A stretch of 64,000 nucleotides of DNA from an uncultured Acidobacteriota bacterium (GTDB lineage: Bacteria > Acidobacteriota > Polarisedimenticolia > J045), in the NCBI GenBank assembly GCA_963702425.1, contig CAVPCQ010000006.1, positions 352,001 through 416,000 on the forward strand. The letters run 5' to 3'. The translations under genes were made by a program, and so were the position numbers. Below the pieces are notes generated by a model. The model had not been told where the DNA came from. It made no database searches and saw only the letters and a program-made list of their open reading frames with translations. Below are positions 21,221-30,965 of the stretch, in pieces; position 1 is the stretch's first letter, and every line of letters begins with the position of its first letter.

Positions 21221-22618
21221 GTGCCGCGTCTGCGCCTCGCGCGCCGCCCGCCGGTCCCCGTCGAGGCGCTCGTCGTCCTCGAGGGTCATCCGCTTCCCCT
21301 GACGCTGCGGCGGGAGGTGCTGCGGCAGTGGGCTCGCGGGCCGGTCGCCGTCACTGCGACGCTCGACCGGCTGCCGCAGCCGCTGCTGGTGGCGCTGCGC
21401 GCCCCCGACTGGGACGACCCGCTGGCGACGACGTGCCGCTTCGGCGCCGCCTCGCGGGCGCTGCTCACCGAACGGGTGCGGAGCGCGGCGGTGCTCGTCC
21501 CGGACGACCTGCCGGACGGCGCGGTGGAAGCCGTCGTGCTGGGCCTGTCGCGGGGCCTCTACCGCTTCGACCGCTACCTTCCCGATCCCCCGCCGCGCCC
21601 CGAGGTCACCGTCGTCGCCCCGCGCCGCTCCTTCGAAGCGGCCGGGCGCCGCGCGCTCGACCTCGCGCGCGGAATCCGGCTGGCGCGCGACCTGGTCAAC
21701 ACCCCGGCCGAGGAGATGGGGCCGGACGAAATCGAGGACGAAGCGCGCCGCGTGGCCCGGCACGGCGGGCTCGCGCTGCGGGTGCTCGATCGCGCGCAGC
21801 TCCGCCGGCTGGGGGCGGGTGCGCTGCTGGCGGTCGGGCGCGCCAGCCCGCGCGCGCCGCGGCTGGTCGTGCTCGAGCACCGCGGTGCACCCCGCAGCGA
21901 CGAGTGGCTCGCGCTCGCCGGCAAGGGGATCGCGTTCGACACCGGGGGCCTGAACCTCAAGTCGGCGGAGGGGATGGCGCTGATGAAGAAGGACATGGCC
22001 GGGGCCGCGGCCGTGCTGGGGGCGGCCCTCGCCGTCGGCCGGCAGCGGCCGCGGCGGAACGTGCGCTTCTACCTCGCGCTCGCGGAGAACTCCGTTGCCG
22101 GCAACGCGCTGCGGCCGGGCGACGTGATCCGCGCGCTCGACGGGACGACGATCGAGATCGGCAACACCGACGCCGAGGGGCGGCTGGTGCTGGCCGATGC
22201 GGTCGCGCTGGCGGCGCGCGAGGGAGCCTCCCGGATCCTCGACGTGGCCACGCTGACCGGGGCCGCGCTCGTGGCGCTCGGGCGGGCCCGCGTCCCGCTC
22301 GTCGGCAACGACGAAGCCTGGCTGGCCGAGGTGGAACGCGCCGCCGCGCTCGCGGGCGAGCGCGTCTGGCGCTTCCCCGCTGATCCCGAGGTCAGGGACG
22401 CGATCCGCTCGCGGATCGCCACCCTGAAGAACACCGGCAAGGGGAGCGAGGCGGGGGTCGTCGCCGGCGCGCTCTTCATCGGCCACTTCGCCGGGAAGAT
22501 CCCCTGGGCGCACCTCGACATCTCCCCCGCGTCGTGGGCCGACGCCGCGGGAGACCTCGGCCCCGAGGGGGCGACCGGCGTGATGGTCCCGACGCTGGCC
22601 CGGCTGGCGGGGGCGTAG
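21221..22618 (+). CDS. pepA: Leucyl aminopeptidase (M17)
   Basis: [31 protein letters not shown]. Confidence 0.92.
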   Translation: MPRLRLARRPPVPVEALVVLEGHPLPLTLRREVLRQWARGPVAVTATLDRLPQPLLVALRAPDWDDPLATTCRFGAASRALLTERVRSAAVLVPDDLPDGAVEAVVLGLSRGLYRFDRYLPDPPPRPEVTVVAPRRSFEAAGRRALDLARGIRLARDLVNTPAEEMGPDEIEDEARRVARHGGLALRVLDRAQLRRLGAGALLAVGRASPRAPRLVVLEHRGAPRSDEWLALAGKGIAFDTGGLNLKSAEGMALMKKDMAGAAAVLGAALAVGRQRPRRNVRFYLALAENSVAGNALRPGDVIRALDGTTIEIGNTDAEGRLVLADAVALAAREGASRILDVATLTGAALVALGRARVPLVGNDEAWLAEVERAAALAGERVWRFPADPEVRDAIRSRIATLKNTGKGSEAGVVAGALFIGHFAGKIPWAHLDISPASWADAAGDLGPEGATGVMVPTLARLAGA

Positions 22619-22635
22619 CCGAGGGCGCTCGCGCC

Positions 22636-23532
22636 TCACCGCCGGAGCGCGAGGAACACCCCGGCGAAGATCAGCAGCGCCCCGGCCAGCACGGAGAACG
22701 CCGGGCGTTCTCCGAAGAGCGCCGCCGACAGCGTGGCGGCGACCAGCGGCTGGACGTAGATGAAGAGCGCCACGACCGACGACGGGACGCGGGCCAGCGC
22801 CCAGTAGTTGAGCACGTAGGTCAGCACCGTCGCGAAGACGATCACGAAGGCCGCCAGCCCCCAGGTGCCGGCCGAGACGGGAGCCGGATCGAAGGCGATG
22901 AGCGCCGGCCAGGCGACGGCGAGGATCCCCAGCGCGCCGAAGCCCATCAACGCCGCCGTCGCCGCCAGCGGGTCGGTCCGCACGAGCAGGTCGCGCGAGA
23001 TCACGAGGAAGAGCGAGAACGACATCGAGTTGATCAGCGTGAGCAGGTCGCCGGTCAGCGTCCCGCTCGCCAAGGCGGTTCGACCGAACGGCCAGATCAC
23101 GAGCAGCACCCCGGCCAGGGCCACCGCCAGCGCGAACACCTTCCGGCCGGAGATCCGCTCGCGTCCGGCGAGCACCGCGAACAGCAGCGCGAAGACCGGG
23201 ATCGTCGTGTTGATCAGCGCGGAGTGGGTCGGCGTGGTGCGCTTGAGCCCCTCGACGAAACAGAGCTGGTTGATGACGACGCCGAACAGCGCGTAGACCG
23301 CGAGTCGACGGAGATCGGCGCGGGCGGTCGGGAGGCGCCGGCCGGAGAGGCGCACGAGCGCCAGCAGGATCAACGCCGCCGCGCCGATCCGGATCGCCGC
23401 CCAGGCGCGCGGCGGGATCTCCGCCAGGACCAGCTTGGCGGCGAGGTAGTGCAGGCCGAAGCAGAGCTGCACCGCGAGCAGCGCGGAGACGACGGCGGCG
23501 CGCTCGCGCGCGGGGTGGTCGCGAAGGGTCAT
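22636..23532 (-). CDS. DMT/EamA family transporter
   Basis: About 10 TM helices in two EamA repeats; FIYVQPL, LFGER. Confidence 0.9.
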   Translation of the reverse strand: MTLRDHPARERAAVVSALLAVQLCFGLHYLAAKLVLAEIPPRAWAAIRIGAAALILLALVRLSGRRLPTARADLRRLAVYALFGVVINQLCFVEGLKRTTPTHSALINTTIPVFALLFAVLAGRERISGRKVFALAVALAGVLLVIWPFGRTALASGTLTGDLLTLINSMSFSLFLVISRDLLVRTDPLAATAALMGFGALGILAVAWPALIAFDPAPVSAGTWGLAAFVIVFATVLTYVLNYWALARVPSSVVALFIYVQPLVAATLSAALFGERPAFSVLAGALLIFAGVFLALRR

Positions 23533-23650
23533 CGGTCTCCCGGGGAGGGGACGAGTATCGCGCGATCGTCGAGCCCCGGGGTTGACAGAGGGTCACCGCG
23601 CGGCGCTAGAGTGCGGCCGTCGGATCCCGTCGACGAGAGAAAGGGACGTC

Positions 23651-24043
23651 ATGAACGCACTCGCGCTCCTGGCCCAGGCGGGCTGGGAATCCAGCGGATC
23701 GGCGATGCAGTGGTGGACCAGCTGGTACGGCTGCGGCACGGGCTTGATCACCTACGCGGTCGTCGCCTGGTCGACGATGGTCATCGCCCGGAAGACCGGC
23801 TTCGCGGAGAACGCCTGGTGGGGCTGGATCCCGATCCTGAACGTGGTGCTCCTGCTCCAGATCGCGGGCCGTCCGCTGTGGTGGCTGATCTTGTTCCTGA
23901 TCCCCTGCGTCAACCTCGTGATCTGCGCGATCATGCTGATGGACGTCGCGACCAAGCGCGGCAAGCCGGCGTTCCTCGGGATCCTGGGGATCATCCCGTG
24001 CGTCCAGCTGGTCGTCTTCCCCTACATCGCCTTCAGCGACTAG
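23651..24043 (+). CDS. DUF5684-like small membrane protein
   Basis: RKTG...WWGWIPILN, GRPLWWLIL, KRGK, YIAFSD. Confidence 0.75.
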   Translation: MNALALLAQAGWESSGSAMQWWTSWYGCGTGLITYAVVAWSTMVIARKTGFAENAWWGWIPILNVVLLLQIAGRPLWWLILFLIPCVNLVICAIMLMDVATKRGKPAFLGILGIIPCVQLVVFPYIAFSD

Positions 24044-24468
24044 AGACCCCACGCGAGCCGCAGCACCCACCGGGCCAGCATCGCGACCAGAACGACCGTG
24101 AGCGCGCCGACGAAGGCGCGGTCGGCCCACTTCAATCGGGAACCCGACCAGCCGGCGAGGCTCGCGCCGCGCAGGATCACCTGAACTCCGGCCAGTCCCA
24201 GCAGCGGCAGCGCGAACGGGTGCGCCTGCCAGGCTGCGCGCGGTTCGCCGTGCAGCGCCAGCACGACGGCGCGCGTCATTCCGCAGCCGGCGCATGGCAT
24301 GCCGGTGGCGAGTCGGAACCAGCAGGTCGCAGGCAGCGGCAGGCCGAAGAGCCGCAGCGTGACGCTACCTTCCTCGACCGACGACTGGAGCGCGAGCCCG
24401 ATCGCGAGCGCCGCGCCGAGGCCGGCCACGACGGCGAGGTCGAAGCGCCGGCGGCACGCGTCCGTCAA
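24040..24468 (-). CDS. DUF2752 family membrane protein
   Basis: CWFRLATGMPCAGCGMTRA...AWQAHP; TTG start overlaps the recG stop. Confidence 0.8.
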   Translation of the reverse strand: MTDACRRRFDLAVVAGLGAALAIGLALQSSVEEGSVTLRLFGLPLPATCWFRLATGMPCAGCGMTRAVVLALHGEPRAAWQAHPFALPLLGLAGVQVILRGASLAGWSGSRLKWADRAFVGALTVVLVAMLARWVLRLAWGL

Positions 24469-26553
24469 CCGACCTCCGCCAGGCGCAGGCGATCGCCATG
24501 GCGCCGCAGGACCTCCTCGTGCAGCGGCTGGGGGACGCGCTCCTCGCCCCCTTCGTCGACCAGCCGGAACGCCGCCTCGCGCGCCGCGATCAGCAGGTCC
24601 TGGTGGCGCACGAGGTCGGCCGCGTGGAATGTCGCCAGGCCGGACTGCGCGGTCCCGGCCAGCTCGCCCGGGCCGCGCATCCTGAGATCCTGCTCCGCGA
24701 CGCGAAAGCCGTCGTCGGTCTGCTCCAGCACCTTCAGCCTTGCCAGCGCCTCCGGCGCCGCCTCGGTCGACGCCACCAGCACGCAGTACGACTTGACGTC
24801 GCCGCGGCCGACGCGGCCGCGCAGCTGGTGCAGCTGGGCCAGTCCAAATCGGTCGGCGTCCTCGACCACGATCACCGAGGCCTCGCGCACGTCGATCCCG
24901 ACCTCGATCACGGTCGTCGCGACCAGGATCTGCACCTCGCCTGATGCGAAGCGCTCGAGGTTCCGCTGGCGCTCGATGGACTTCATCCGGCCGTGGACCA
25001 GCGCTACGGGGACGCCGGGAAAGCGCGCGGCGTACTCCCGGAGCCCCTCCTCGGCCGCCTTGAGCCCGGCGCTCCCCTCCTCCACCGCCGGCCGCACGAC
25101 GTAGATCCGCCGCCCTTCGGCCAGGGCGCGCCCGACCCCTTCCAGCACCCCTTCGCGCTGCTCGTGCAGGCGGACCACCGTGCGGATCGGCCGGCGTCCG
25201 GGCGGCTTCTCGTCGAGGATCGAGACGTCGAGGTCGCCGTACAGCACCATCGCCAGCGTGCGCGGGATCGGCGTCGCCGACATGACGAGGGTGTCGGGGT
25301 GGGTCCCCTTGGCGGCCAGGTCGGCGCGCTGCTCCACGCCGAAGCGGTGCTGCTCGTCGATCACGACGAGACCCAGCCGCGCGAAGGCGGTGCTCTCCGA
25401 GAAGAGCGCATGGGTCCCGACCACGACCCGTGAGCGGCCCGAGGCGATCCGCTCGCGCGCCTCGCGCTGCAGGGGCGCCGGCAGCCCGGCGGTCAGCAGT
25501 TCGACCCGCTGCCCCGCCGGCGCGAGCAGTCGCTGCAGCGAGCCGGCGTGCTGCTGCGCCAGGATCTCGGTCGGCGCCATCAGCGCCGCCTGCCAGCCGT
25601 TCTCGACCGCGACCATCATCGCCAGCGCGGCGACGACCGTCTTCCCGGAGCCGACGTCGCCCATCAGCAGGCGGTTCATCGGCCACGGCGCGCGCAGGTC
25701 CTGCTCGATCTCCGCCACCACCCGCCGCTGGGCGGAGGTCAGCGCGAAGGGAAGCAGCGCGAGCGAGCCGCGCACGGAGCGCGTCGTCGATCGCGTAGCC
25801 GCCGCTGCGGCGCTCCGCCCGGCGCCGGAAGCGGCGCAGCGCGAGCCCCAGCTCGAGCAGGAAGAACTCCTCGAACGCCAGCCGCTGGTGAGCCAGCGTG
25901 CGGCCCTGCGCCAGCTCGGCCGCATCGGTCGCGGGGGCCGGGCGGTGGACCGCGTGCAGCGCATCGAACCGCGCGGGGAAGCGGTACGGCGCGAGCAGCG
26001 CCGGCGGGAACGGGTCCGGGACCCCCTCGAGCGCAGCCAGCGCGACGCGGATCGCCGACCGCATCCGCTTCGGCGTCAGCGGTCCGACCTTCTCGTAGAC
26101 CGGCAGCCAGCCCAGCGCGTCGGCCGGGTCCTCGCCCGGGCGCACCAGGTCGAAGTCGGGCGAGTGGAGCTCGACCTTGCGCCCGGCCAGCCGCGGCGTG
26201 CCGTGGACGACGAGCCGCGTCCCGGGGATCATCCACTGGCCCAGGTAGCCCCGGTTGAAGAACACCAGCGGGAGCGCGGCCGTCCCGTCGTCGAGCAGGA
26301 CGGTCAGGATCTCCATCCCGCGGCCCCGGGTGCGGATCAGGCGGGCCGAGAGGATCAGACCGACCGCGGTGAGTTCCTCGCCTGCTCGCGCCTCGGCCAG
26401 CGGCTGGGGCCGCCGTCGATCCTCGTAACGGAACGGCAGGCAGGCGAGCAGGTCGCCGACGCTGACGACCCCTTTCCCGGCCAGCTCGGAGGCCCAGCGC
26501 GGCCCGATCCCGCGCAGCACCGTGACCGGATCGTCGGGTCGGACCGGGGTCAC
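24465..26553 (-). CDS. recG: ATP-dependent DNA helicase RecG (frameshift near 25764)
   Basis: N-half (LRGIGP, LPFRYED, QRLAFEE) and C-half (GDVGSGKT, DEQHRFG, QLRGRVGRG) are in different frames. Confidence 0.92.
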
Positions 26554-26575
26554 GCCGCGCGCCGGGCGCGTGGCC

Positions 26576-27562
26576 TCACACGCCCTCCGCCGCGCCGGGA
26601 GGCAGGGCCCCGATCGCACCCCGGGCGAGCAGCGTGGCGACGGCCCGCGCGATCTCGACGTCGGAGGCTTCGATCCGCTCGAGCATCGTGGCGAGGCTCG
26701 AGCGCTCGCGCGCCTCGCGGATCACCGCCAGCTCGAGCGGTGTCAGCGCGGTCGGGCTGGCCAGCAGCTCGCGCACCCCCTCGGCGACGCCGAGCGGGAC
26801 CTCCTCGGGCGGAAGCTGGCTCTTGAGGCGGGCCAGGTCGTCGAGCGCGACGAGCGCATCCATCACCAGACGTTGCGCGCTCGGGCCGAGGTCGTCGGCG
26901 ACCGCCGTGTCATCCTGCGGATCGAACTGGAAGTCGGCGTCGGTCCAGCCGACCATCCGGTAGAGCGCCTTGCTTCCCCGTACCGCTCCGGCGACGGCGC
27001 CCACGATCCGGCCCTCGCGCATGTGGACGCGGCCGCTCTCCTGGCCGTTGACGAGCAGCGTCCCCGTCTTGCCGTTGACCGACAGCAGCTGTAGCAGGTC
27101 GGCGATCGTGAGGTGGCTGGTGTGCCCGGCCAGCGCCTGGCGCACGGCGTCGCCCCCGGCCTCCCCGTCGGCCGCAGCGGCCGGGCCGTGGGTGCGGTCG
27201 AGGATCAGCCGGGCACGGACCAGCAGCTCCTCGACCGAGAACGGCTTGCAGAGGTAGTCGTACGCCCCGAGCCGGAAGCCGCGCAGCCGCTCCGGGACCT
27301 CGCGGTGGCTGGCGAGGAAGACGAGCGGGATCCCGCTGAACCGCGCGTCCCCCTTCACCGCCTCGCAGAACGCCCAGCCGTCCATCTCCGGCATCGCGAC
27401 GTCGGTGATGATCAGGTCGGTCCTGGACTCCTCGAGCCGCTCGAGCGCCTCGGCGCCCCCGGCGGCCGTCAGGACGGCGAAGCCGGCCTCCGTGAACGCG
27501 TCGCGGATCAGTTCGCGCACGAGCCGGTTGTCATCGACCACCAGAATCGTCGCGGTTTCCAC
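26576..27562 (-). CDS. Response regulator with DUF4388 domain
   Basis: ILVVDD, DLIITDVAMPEMDG, KPF; LAGHTSHLTIADLLQLL...KTGTL. Confidence 0.88.
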   Translation of the reverse strand: METATILVVDDNRLVRELIRDAFTEAGFAVLTAAGGAEALERLEESRTDLIITDVAMPEMDGWAFCEAVKGDARFSGIPLVFLASHREVPERLRGFRLGAYDYLCKPFSVEELLVRARLILDRTHGPAAAADGEAGGDAVRQALAGHTSHLTIADLLQLLSVNGKTGTLLVNGQESGRVHMREGRIVGAVAGAVRGSKALYRMVGWTDADFQFDPQDDTAVADDLGPSAQRLVMDALVALDDLARLKSQLPPEEVPLGVAEGVRELLASPTALTPLELAVIREARERSSLATMLERIEASDVEIARAVATLLARGAIGALPPGAAEGV

Positions 27563-27711
27563 GGCAGGCAGGCGCTCCTCGGAACGGACATGGTAGGGAG
27601 CCGGCCGGGCCGAGGTCAACCCTGCCGGGGTTGCCCGAACGGGAGGGCCGCGCGAGACTCCTCGCCGGCGCGCGGCCCCACGGCGCGCGACCCACCCCCC
27701 CCGGAGCGCCG

Positions 27712-28449
27712 ATGTTCTTCCCGAAGAGCGTGCGCGTCGCCTCCTTCGACCCGTTCGGAACCGTCATCGACGGGGAACGCGGGCTCGCCGAGGCGGTGCG
27801 TGCGGCGACCGATACGGGCGACCCGCAGCAGCTGCGCCTGCTCGCCGCGGCCCGGGCCGACGCCGAGTGGGAGCTGATCGAACAGCTCGAGGACTATCGG
27901 CCGTACCGCGACGTTCTGGCGGAGACGCTGCCCGGTGCGGCGGCCCGCGCCGGGATCACGCTCTCCCCGGAGCAGGCCCGCGCGATCGCCGGCACGCTGC
28001 CCGAGTGGCCGTTCTATCCCGACGCGGCCCCGGCGCTCGCGCGGATCGCGGCGCGCTTTGCGCTGGCTTTCGTCACCAACCTCGACCGCGCCGACTGGGA
28101 GCGGATCGCGCGGCGCCTGCCGTTCCCGGTGGCGCGCGCGGTGACCAGCAGCGACGTCCTCTGCTACAAGCCGGAGGCCGACCACCTGCTGGCGCTGCTG
28201 CACGAGATGGAGCTCGACGAGGAGGAGCTGCTCCACGTCTCGGCCTCCCCGCAGCTCGATCTCGCCACCGCCGAGGATCTCGGCATCCCCGGGGTCTTTC
28301 TCGACCGCTCCGGCGAGCCGCTCCCCGAGGAGATCACCGCGCTCGCGACGGTATCGACGATGACGGAGCTGGCCGACTGGATGCTGGCCGCTCCCCCGCC
28401 CGCCCGGCGCCGGGCCGCCCCGCGCCGCACCAGAGGAGATTCCCGGTGA
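27712..28449 (+). CDS. HAD superfamily hydrolase (haloacid dehalogenase type II-like)
   Basis: [21 protein letters not shown]...DL. Confidence 0.8.
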   Translation: MFFPKSVRVASFDPFGTVIDGERGLAEAVRAATDTGDPQQLRLLAAARADAEWELIEQLEDYRPYRDVLAETLPGAAARAGITLSPEQARAIAGTLPEWPFYPDAAPALARIAARFALAFVTNLDRADWERIARRLPFPVARAVTSSDVLCYKPEADHLLALLHEMELDEEELLHVSASPQLDLATAEDLGIPGVFLDRSGEPLPEEITALATVSTMTELADWMLAAPPPARRRAAPRRTRGDSR

Positions 28450-29387
28450 ACCAGGACAGTGCCACGCACAAGGTCGTCATCATCGGCTCCGGCCCCGCGG
28501 GGTTGACCGCGGCGCTCTACGCCTCGCGGGCCAACCTCGCCCCCCTGGTCTTCGAGGGGATCCAGCCCGGGGGCCAGCTGATGATCACGACCGACGTCGA
28601 GAACTACCCCGGGTTCCCGGAGGGGATCATGGGGCCGGAGCTGATGGAGAAGTTCCGGGCCCAGGCGGCACGCTTCGGCGGGCAGCTGTTCCCGAACCGC
28701 GTGACGGCGGTCGACCTGGCGTCGCGCCCGTTCGGGCTGACGATCGACGACGGGCGCACGGTCACGGCGAAGACCGTCATCATCGCGACCGGTGCGACGG
28801 CCAAGAAGCTCGGCATTCCGTCGGAGTCGCGGCTGCTCGGCCACGGCGTCTCGATGTGCGCGACCTGCGACGGGTTCTTCTTCCGCGACCAGGAGATCTT
28901 CGTCGTCGGCGGCGGAGACACCGCGATGGAGGAGGCGCTCTTCCTGACGCGTTTCGGCAGCCGCGTGACGGTGGTCCACCGGCGCGACAAGCTGCGCGCC
29001 TCGCAGGCGATGCAGCAGCGCGCGCTCGAGCACCCCAAGATCCGCTTCTTCTGGAACTCGGCGGTGGCGGAGGTGCTCGGCGACGACCACGTCACCGGGG
29101 TCCGGATCGAGAACCTCAAGACGGGCGCGATCGAGGACCACCTCGCGGGCGCGGTCTTCGTGGCGATCGGCCACCACCCCAACAGCGAGCTCTTCGCCGG
29201 CCGGCTGGCGATGAACGAGAACGGCTACCTGGTCACGAAACCCGGCACGACCTCGACGGAGATCGAGGGGGTCTTCGCCTGCGGCGACGTCCAGGACTGG
29301 GTCTACCGCCAGGCGGTGACCGCCGCGGGCACGGGGTGCATGGCGGCGATCGAAGCGGAGCGCTGGCTGGAGGCGAGCGGTCTGTAG
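28446..29387 (+). CDS. trxB: Thioredoxin-disulfide reductase
   Basis: [43 protein letters not shown]. Confidence 0.98.
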   Translation: MNQDSATHKVVIIGSGPAGLTAALYASRANLAPLVFEGIQPGGQLMITTDVENYPGFPEGIMGPELMEKFRAQAARFGGQLFPNRVTAVDLASRPFGLTIDDGRTVTAKTVIIATGATAKKLGIPSESRLLGHGVSMCATCDGFFFRDQEIFVVGGGDTAMEEALFLTRFGSRVTVVHRRDKLRASQAMQQRALEHPKIRFFWNSAVAEVLGDDHVTGVRIENLKTGAIEDHLAGAVFVAIGHHPNSELFAGRLAMNENGYLVTKPGTTSTEIEGVFACGDVQDWVYRQAVTAAGTGCMAAIEAERWLEASGL

Positions 29388-29418
29388 GTGGTGCGGGGGG
29401 CGCGAGAGCGCGCGGGGG

Positions 29419-29499
29419 GCGCGGGAGCCGCGAGGGGCCCCCTGGCGAGTGGGTCGCAGGCTCCAACACTCGCCAGGGGGCCCCTCGCGGCTCCCGCGC
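29419..29499 (+). repeat. Long hairpin repeat, copy A1
   Basis: 33-bp perfect stem around loop GGTCGCAGGCTCCAA. Confidence 0.95.
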
Positions 29500-29520
29500 G
29501 GCGCACCGCCACTGAAAAAA

Positions 29521-29652
29521 TGGGAGAGAAGTCTGTACAGCGACCGGGACGCGTTCGGTCGGTGTGGGAGAGAAGCCTGTACGGCGACCGGGACGCGTTC
29601 GGTCGGTGTGGGAGAGAAGCCTGTACGGCGACCGGGACGCGTTCGGTCGGTG
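29521..29652 (+). repeat. 3 x 44-bp tandem repeat
   Basis: TGGGAGAGAAGCCTGTACGGCGACCGGGACGCGTTCGGTCGGTG; unit 1 differs at two positions. Confidence 0.95.
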
Positions 29653-29691
29653 TAAAGATTCTTCTTTTTCTCTTTTTCCGGGAGCGGGATT

Positions 29692-29786
29692 GGCGGCCGG
29701 CTGCGGGCGGGGAATGTCCCCCCGGCGAGTGTTGGAGCCTGCGACCCACTCGCCGGGGGGACATTCCCCGCCCGCGGCCGGCCGCC
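29692..29786 (-). repeat. Long hairpin repeat, copy A2 (inverted relative to A1)
   Basis: 40-bp stem with one mismatch around the same loop in reverse orientation. Confidence 0.95.
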
Positions 29787-30965
29787 CTAGCGCGCCCCCC
29801 TCGCCGTTCCGAACCACGCCGACGGGTCCTCGGGCCTGCCGTCGACGCGCACCTCCAGGTACAAGTACGGCCCGCGCACGGAACCGGTGTCGCCGACGCG
29901 GCCGAGGCTCTCGCCCTGCGCGATCGGGTCGCCGGCCTGCACGATCGCGGCCGAAAGGTGGCCGTAGACCGTGTGCACCGCGCTGCCGTGGTCGAGCACC
30001 ACGACGAGGCCGTAGCCCTTCAGCCAGCCGCTCCACGCGACGCGCGCGTCGAACGGTGCGCGGACCACGGCCCCGAACGGCGCCGCGAGGTCCCAGCCCG
30101 GGTGCGGCAGGCGCGTGCCGAAGCGCGGATCGACCCGGTCGCCGAACGGCTCGTCGATCGTCCCTTCCTCGACCGGCAGGCGGAACACCCCTCTGAATCG
30201 CCGGGCGTCGAGGCGCACGGGGTCGGCGTCGGGAACGCCGGCGAGCACCGACTCCAGGCTGCCGCGCGCGCGCTCCAGCTCGACGACCGCCTGCTCGCGC
30301 ACCGCCGTCTGCTGCCGCATGTCGGCCAGCAGGTCCTGGCGCGCGCGGATCGACTGGTCGAGCGCGGCCCGCGCGGCGAGCGCGTCGTCCTGCAGCCGCG
30401 CGACCTCCGCCTGGCGGGTCCGCTGTTCGGCCTCGAGCGCCGCGAGTCGGGCCTCGCTGTCCCGGATCGCGCCGACCTCGCCCTTGTAGCGCCAGGCCAG
30501 CTCGTGCGTGCTACGCAGGCCGGCGCCCAGGGACTGGGTGTCGGCCGCCCCGAGCACCGGCTTGAGCCGGCCGAGCGGCCCCGCCTGCTGGAGCAGCCGC
30601 GCGATCGTCGACAGCCGGACCCGTCCCGCGTCCAGCCGCTCCTGCGCCGCGGCGCGTTCTGCCGCCGTCGCGGCCAGCGCCGACTCGGCCTGCGTCCGCT
30701 CCAGCGTCAGCTCCTCGATCCGCGCGTCCTGGAAGCGCGCCTCCGCGGCCAGCGCGTCGAGCCGCGCCAGCACGCCCGCCGAGTCCTTGTCGAGGCGCTC
30801 CCGCTCCGCCGACAGCCGGGCGACTTCCTCGCGCACCCGCTGCAGCTGGCGCTCGGGGTTCTCGTCGACCGGCCCGGGCCCGGGGCCGGCGCCGAACGCG
30901 GCGGCGACTGCCGCCGCGAGCACGAGGGCCGCGGCGGGCAGGCGACGCGCAGGGCCCGCTACCAG
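29787..30965 (-). CDS. EnvC-like murein hydrolase activator (coiled coil plus M23 domain); start uncertain
   Basis: Signal-like N-terminus, long coiled coil, HPGWD, GYGLVVVLDHG, YGHL, LYLEVR. Confidence 0.85.
   Translation of the reverse strand: MVAGPARRLPAAALVLAAAVAAAFGAGPGPGPVDENPERQLQRVREEVARLSAERERLDKDSAGVLARLDALAAEARFQDARIEELTLERTQAESALAATAAERAAAQERLDAGRVRLSTIARLLQQAGPLGRLKPVLGAADTQSLGAGLRSTHELAWRYKGEVGAIRDSEARLAALEAEQRTRQAEVARLQDDALAARAALDQSIRARQDLLADMRQQTAVREQAVVELERARGSLESVLAGVPDADPVRLDARRFRGVFRLPVEEGTIDEPFGDRVDPRFGTRLPHPGWDLAAPFGAVVRAPFDARVAWSGWLKGYGLVVVLDHGSAVHTVYGHLSAAIVQAGDPIAQGESLGRVGDTGSVRGPYLYLEVRVDGRPEDPSAWFGTARGAR

Noticed and set aside
24040-26619. 859-aa RecG-N/DUF2752 fusion ORF
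   Set aside because: Artefact of the recG frameshift plus stop-poor GC-rich frames
29521-29652. CRISPR array
   Set aside because: Units are contiguous near-identical 44-mers with no unique spacers, and there are no cas genes in the window
29419-29786. Integron attC sites (GTTGGAGC / GCTCCAAC in the hairpin loops)
   Set aside because: The motif is in the loop rather than at the ends, copies are inverted rather than tandem, and there are no cassette ORFs or integrase
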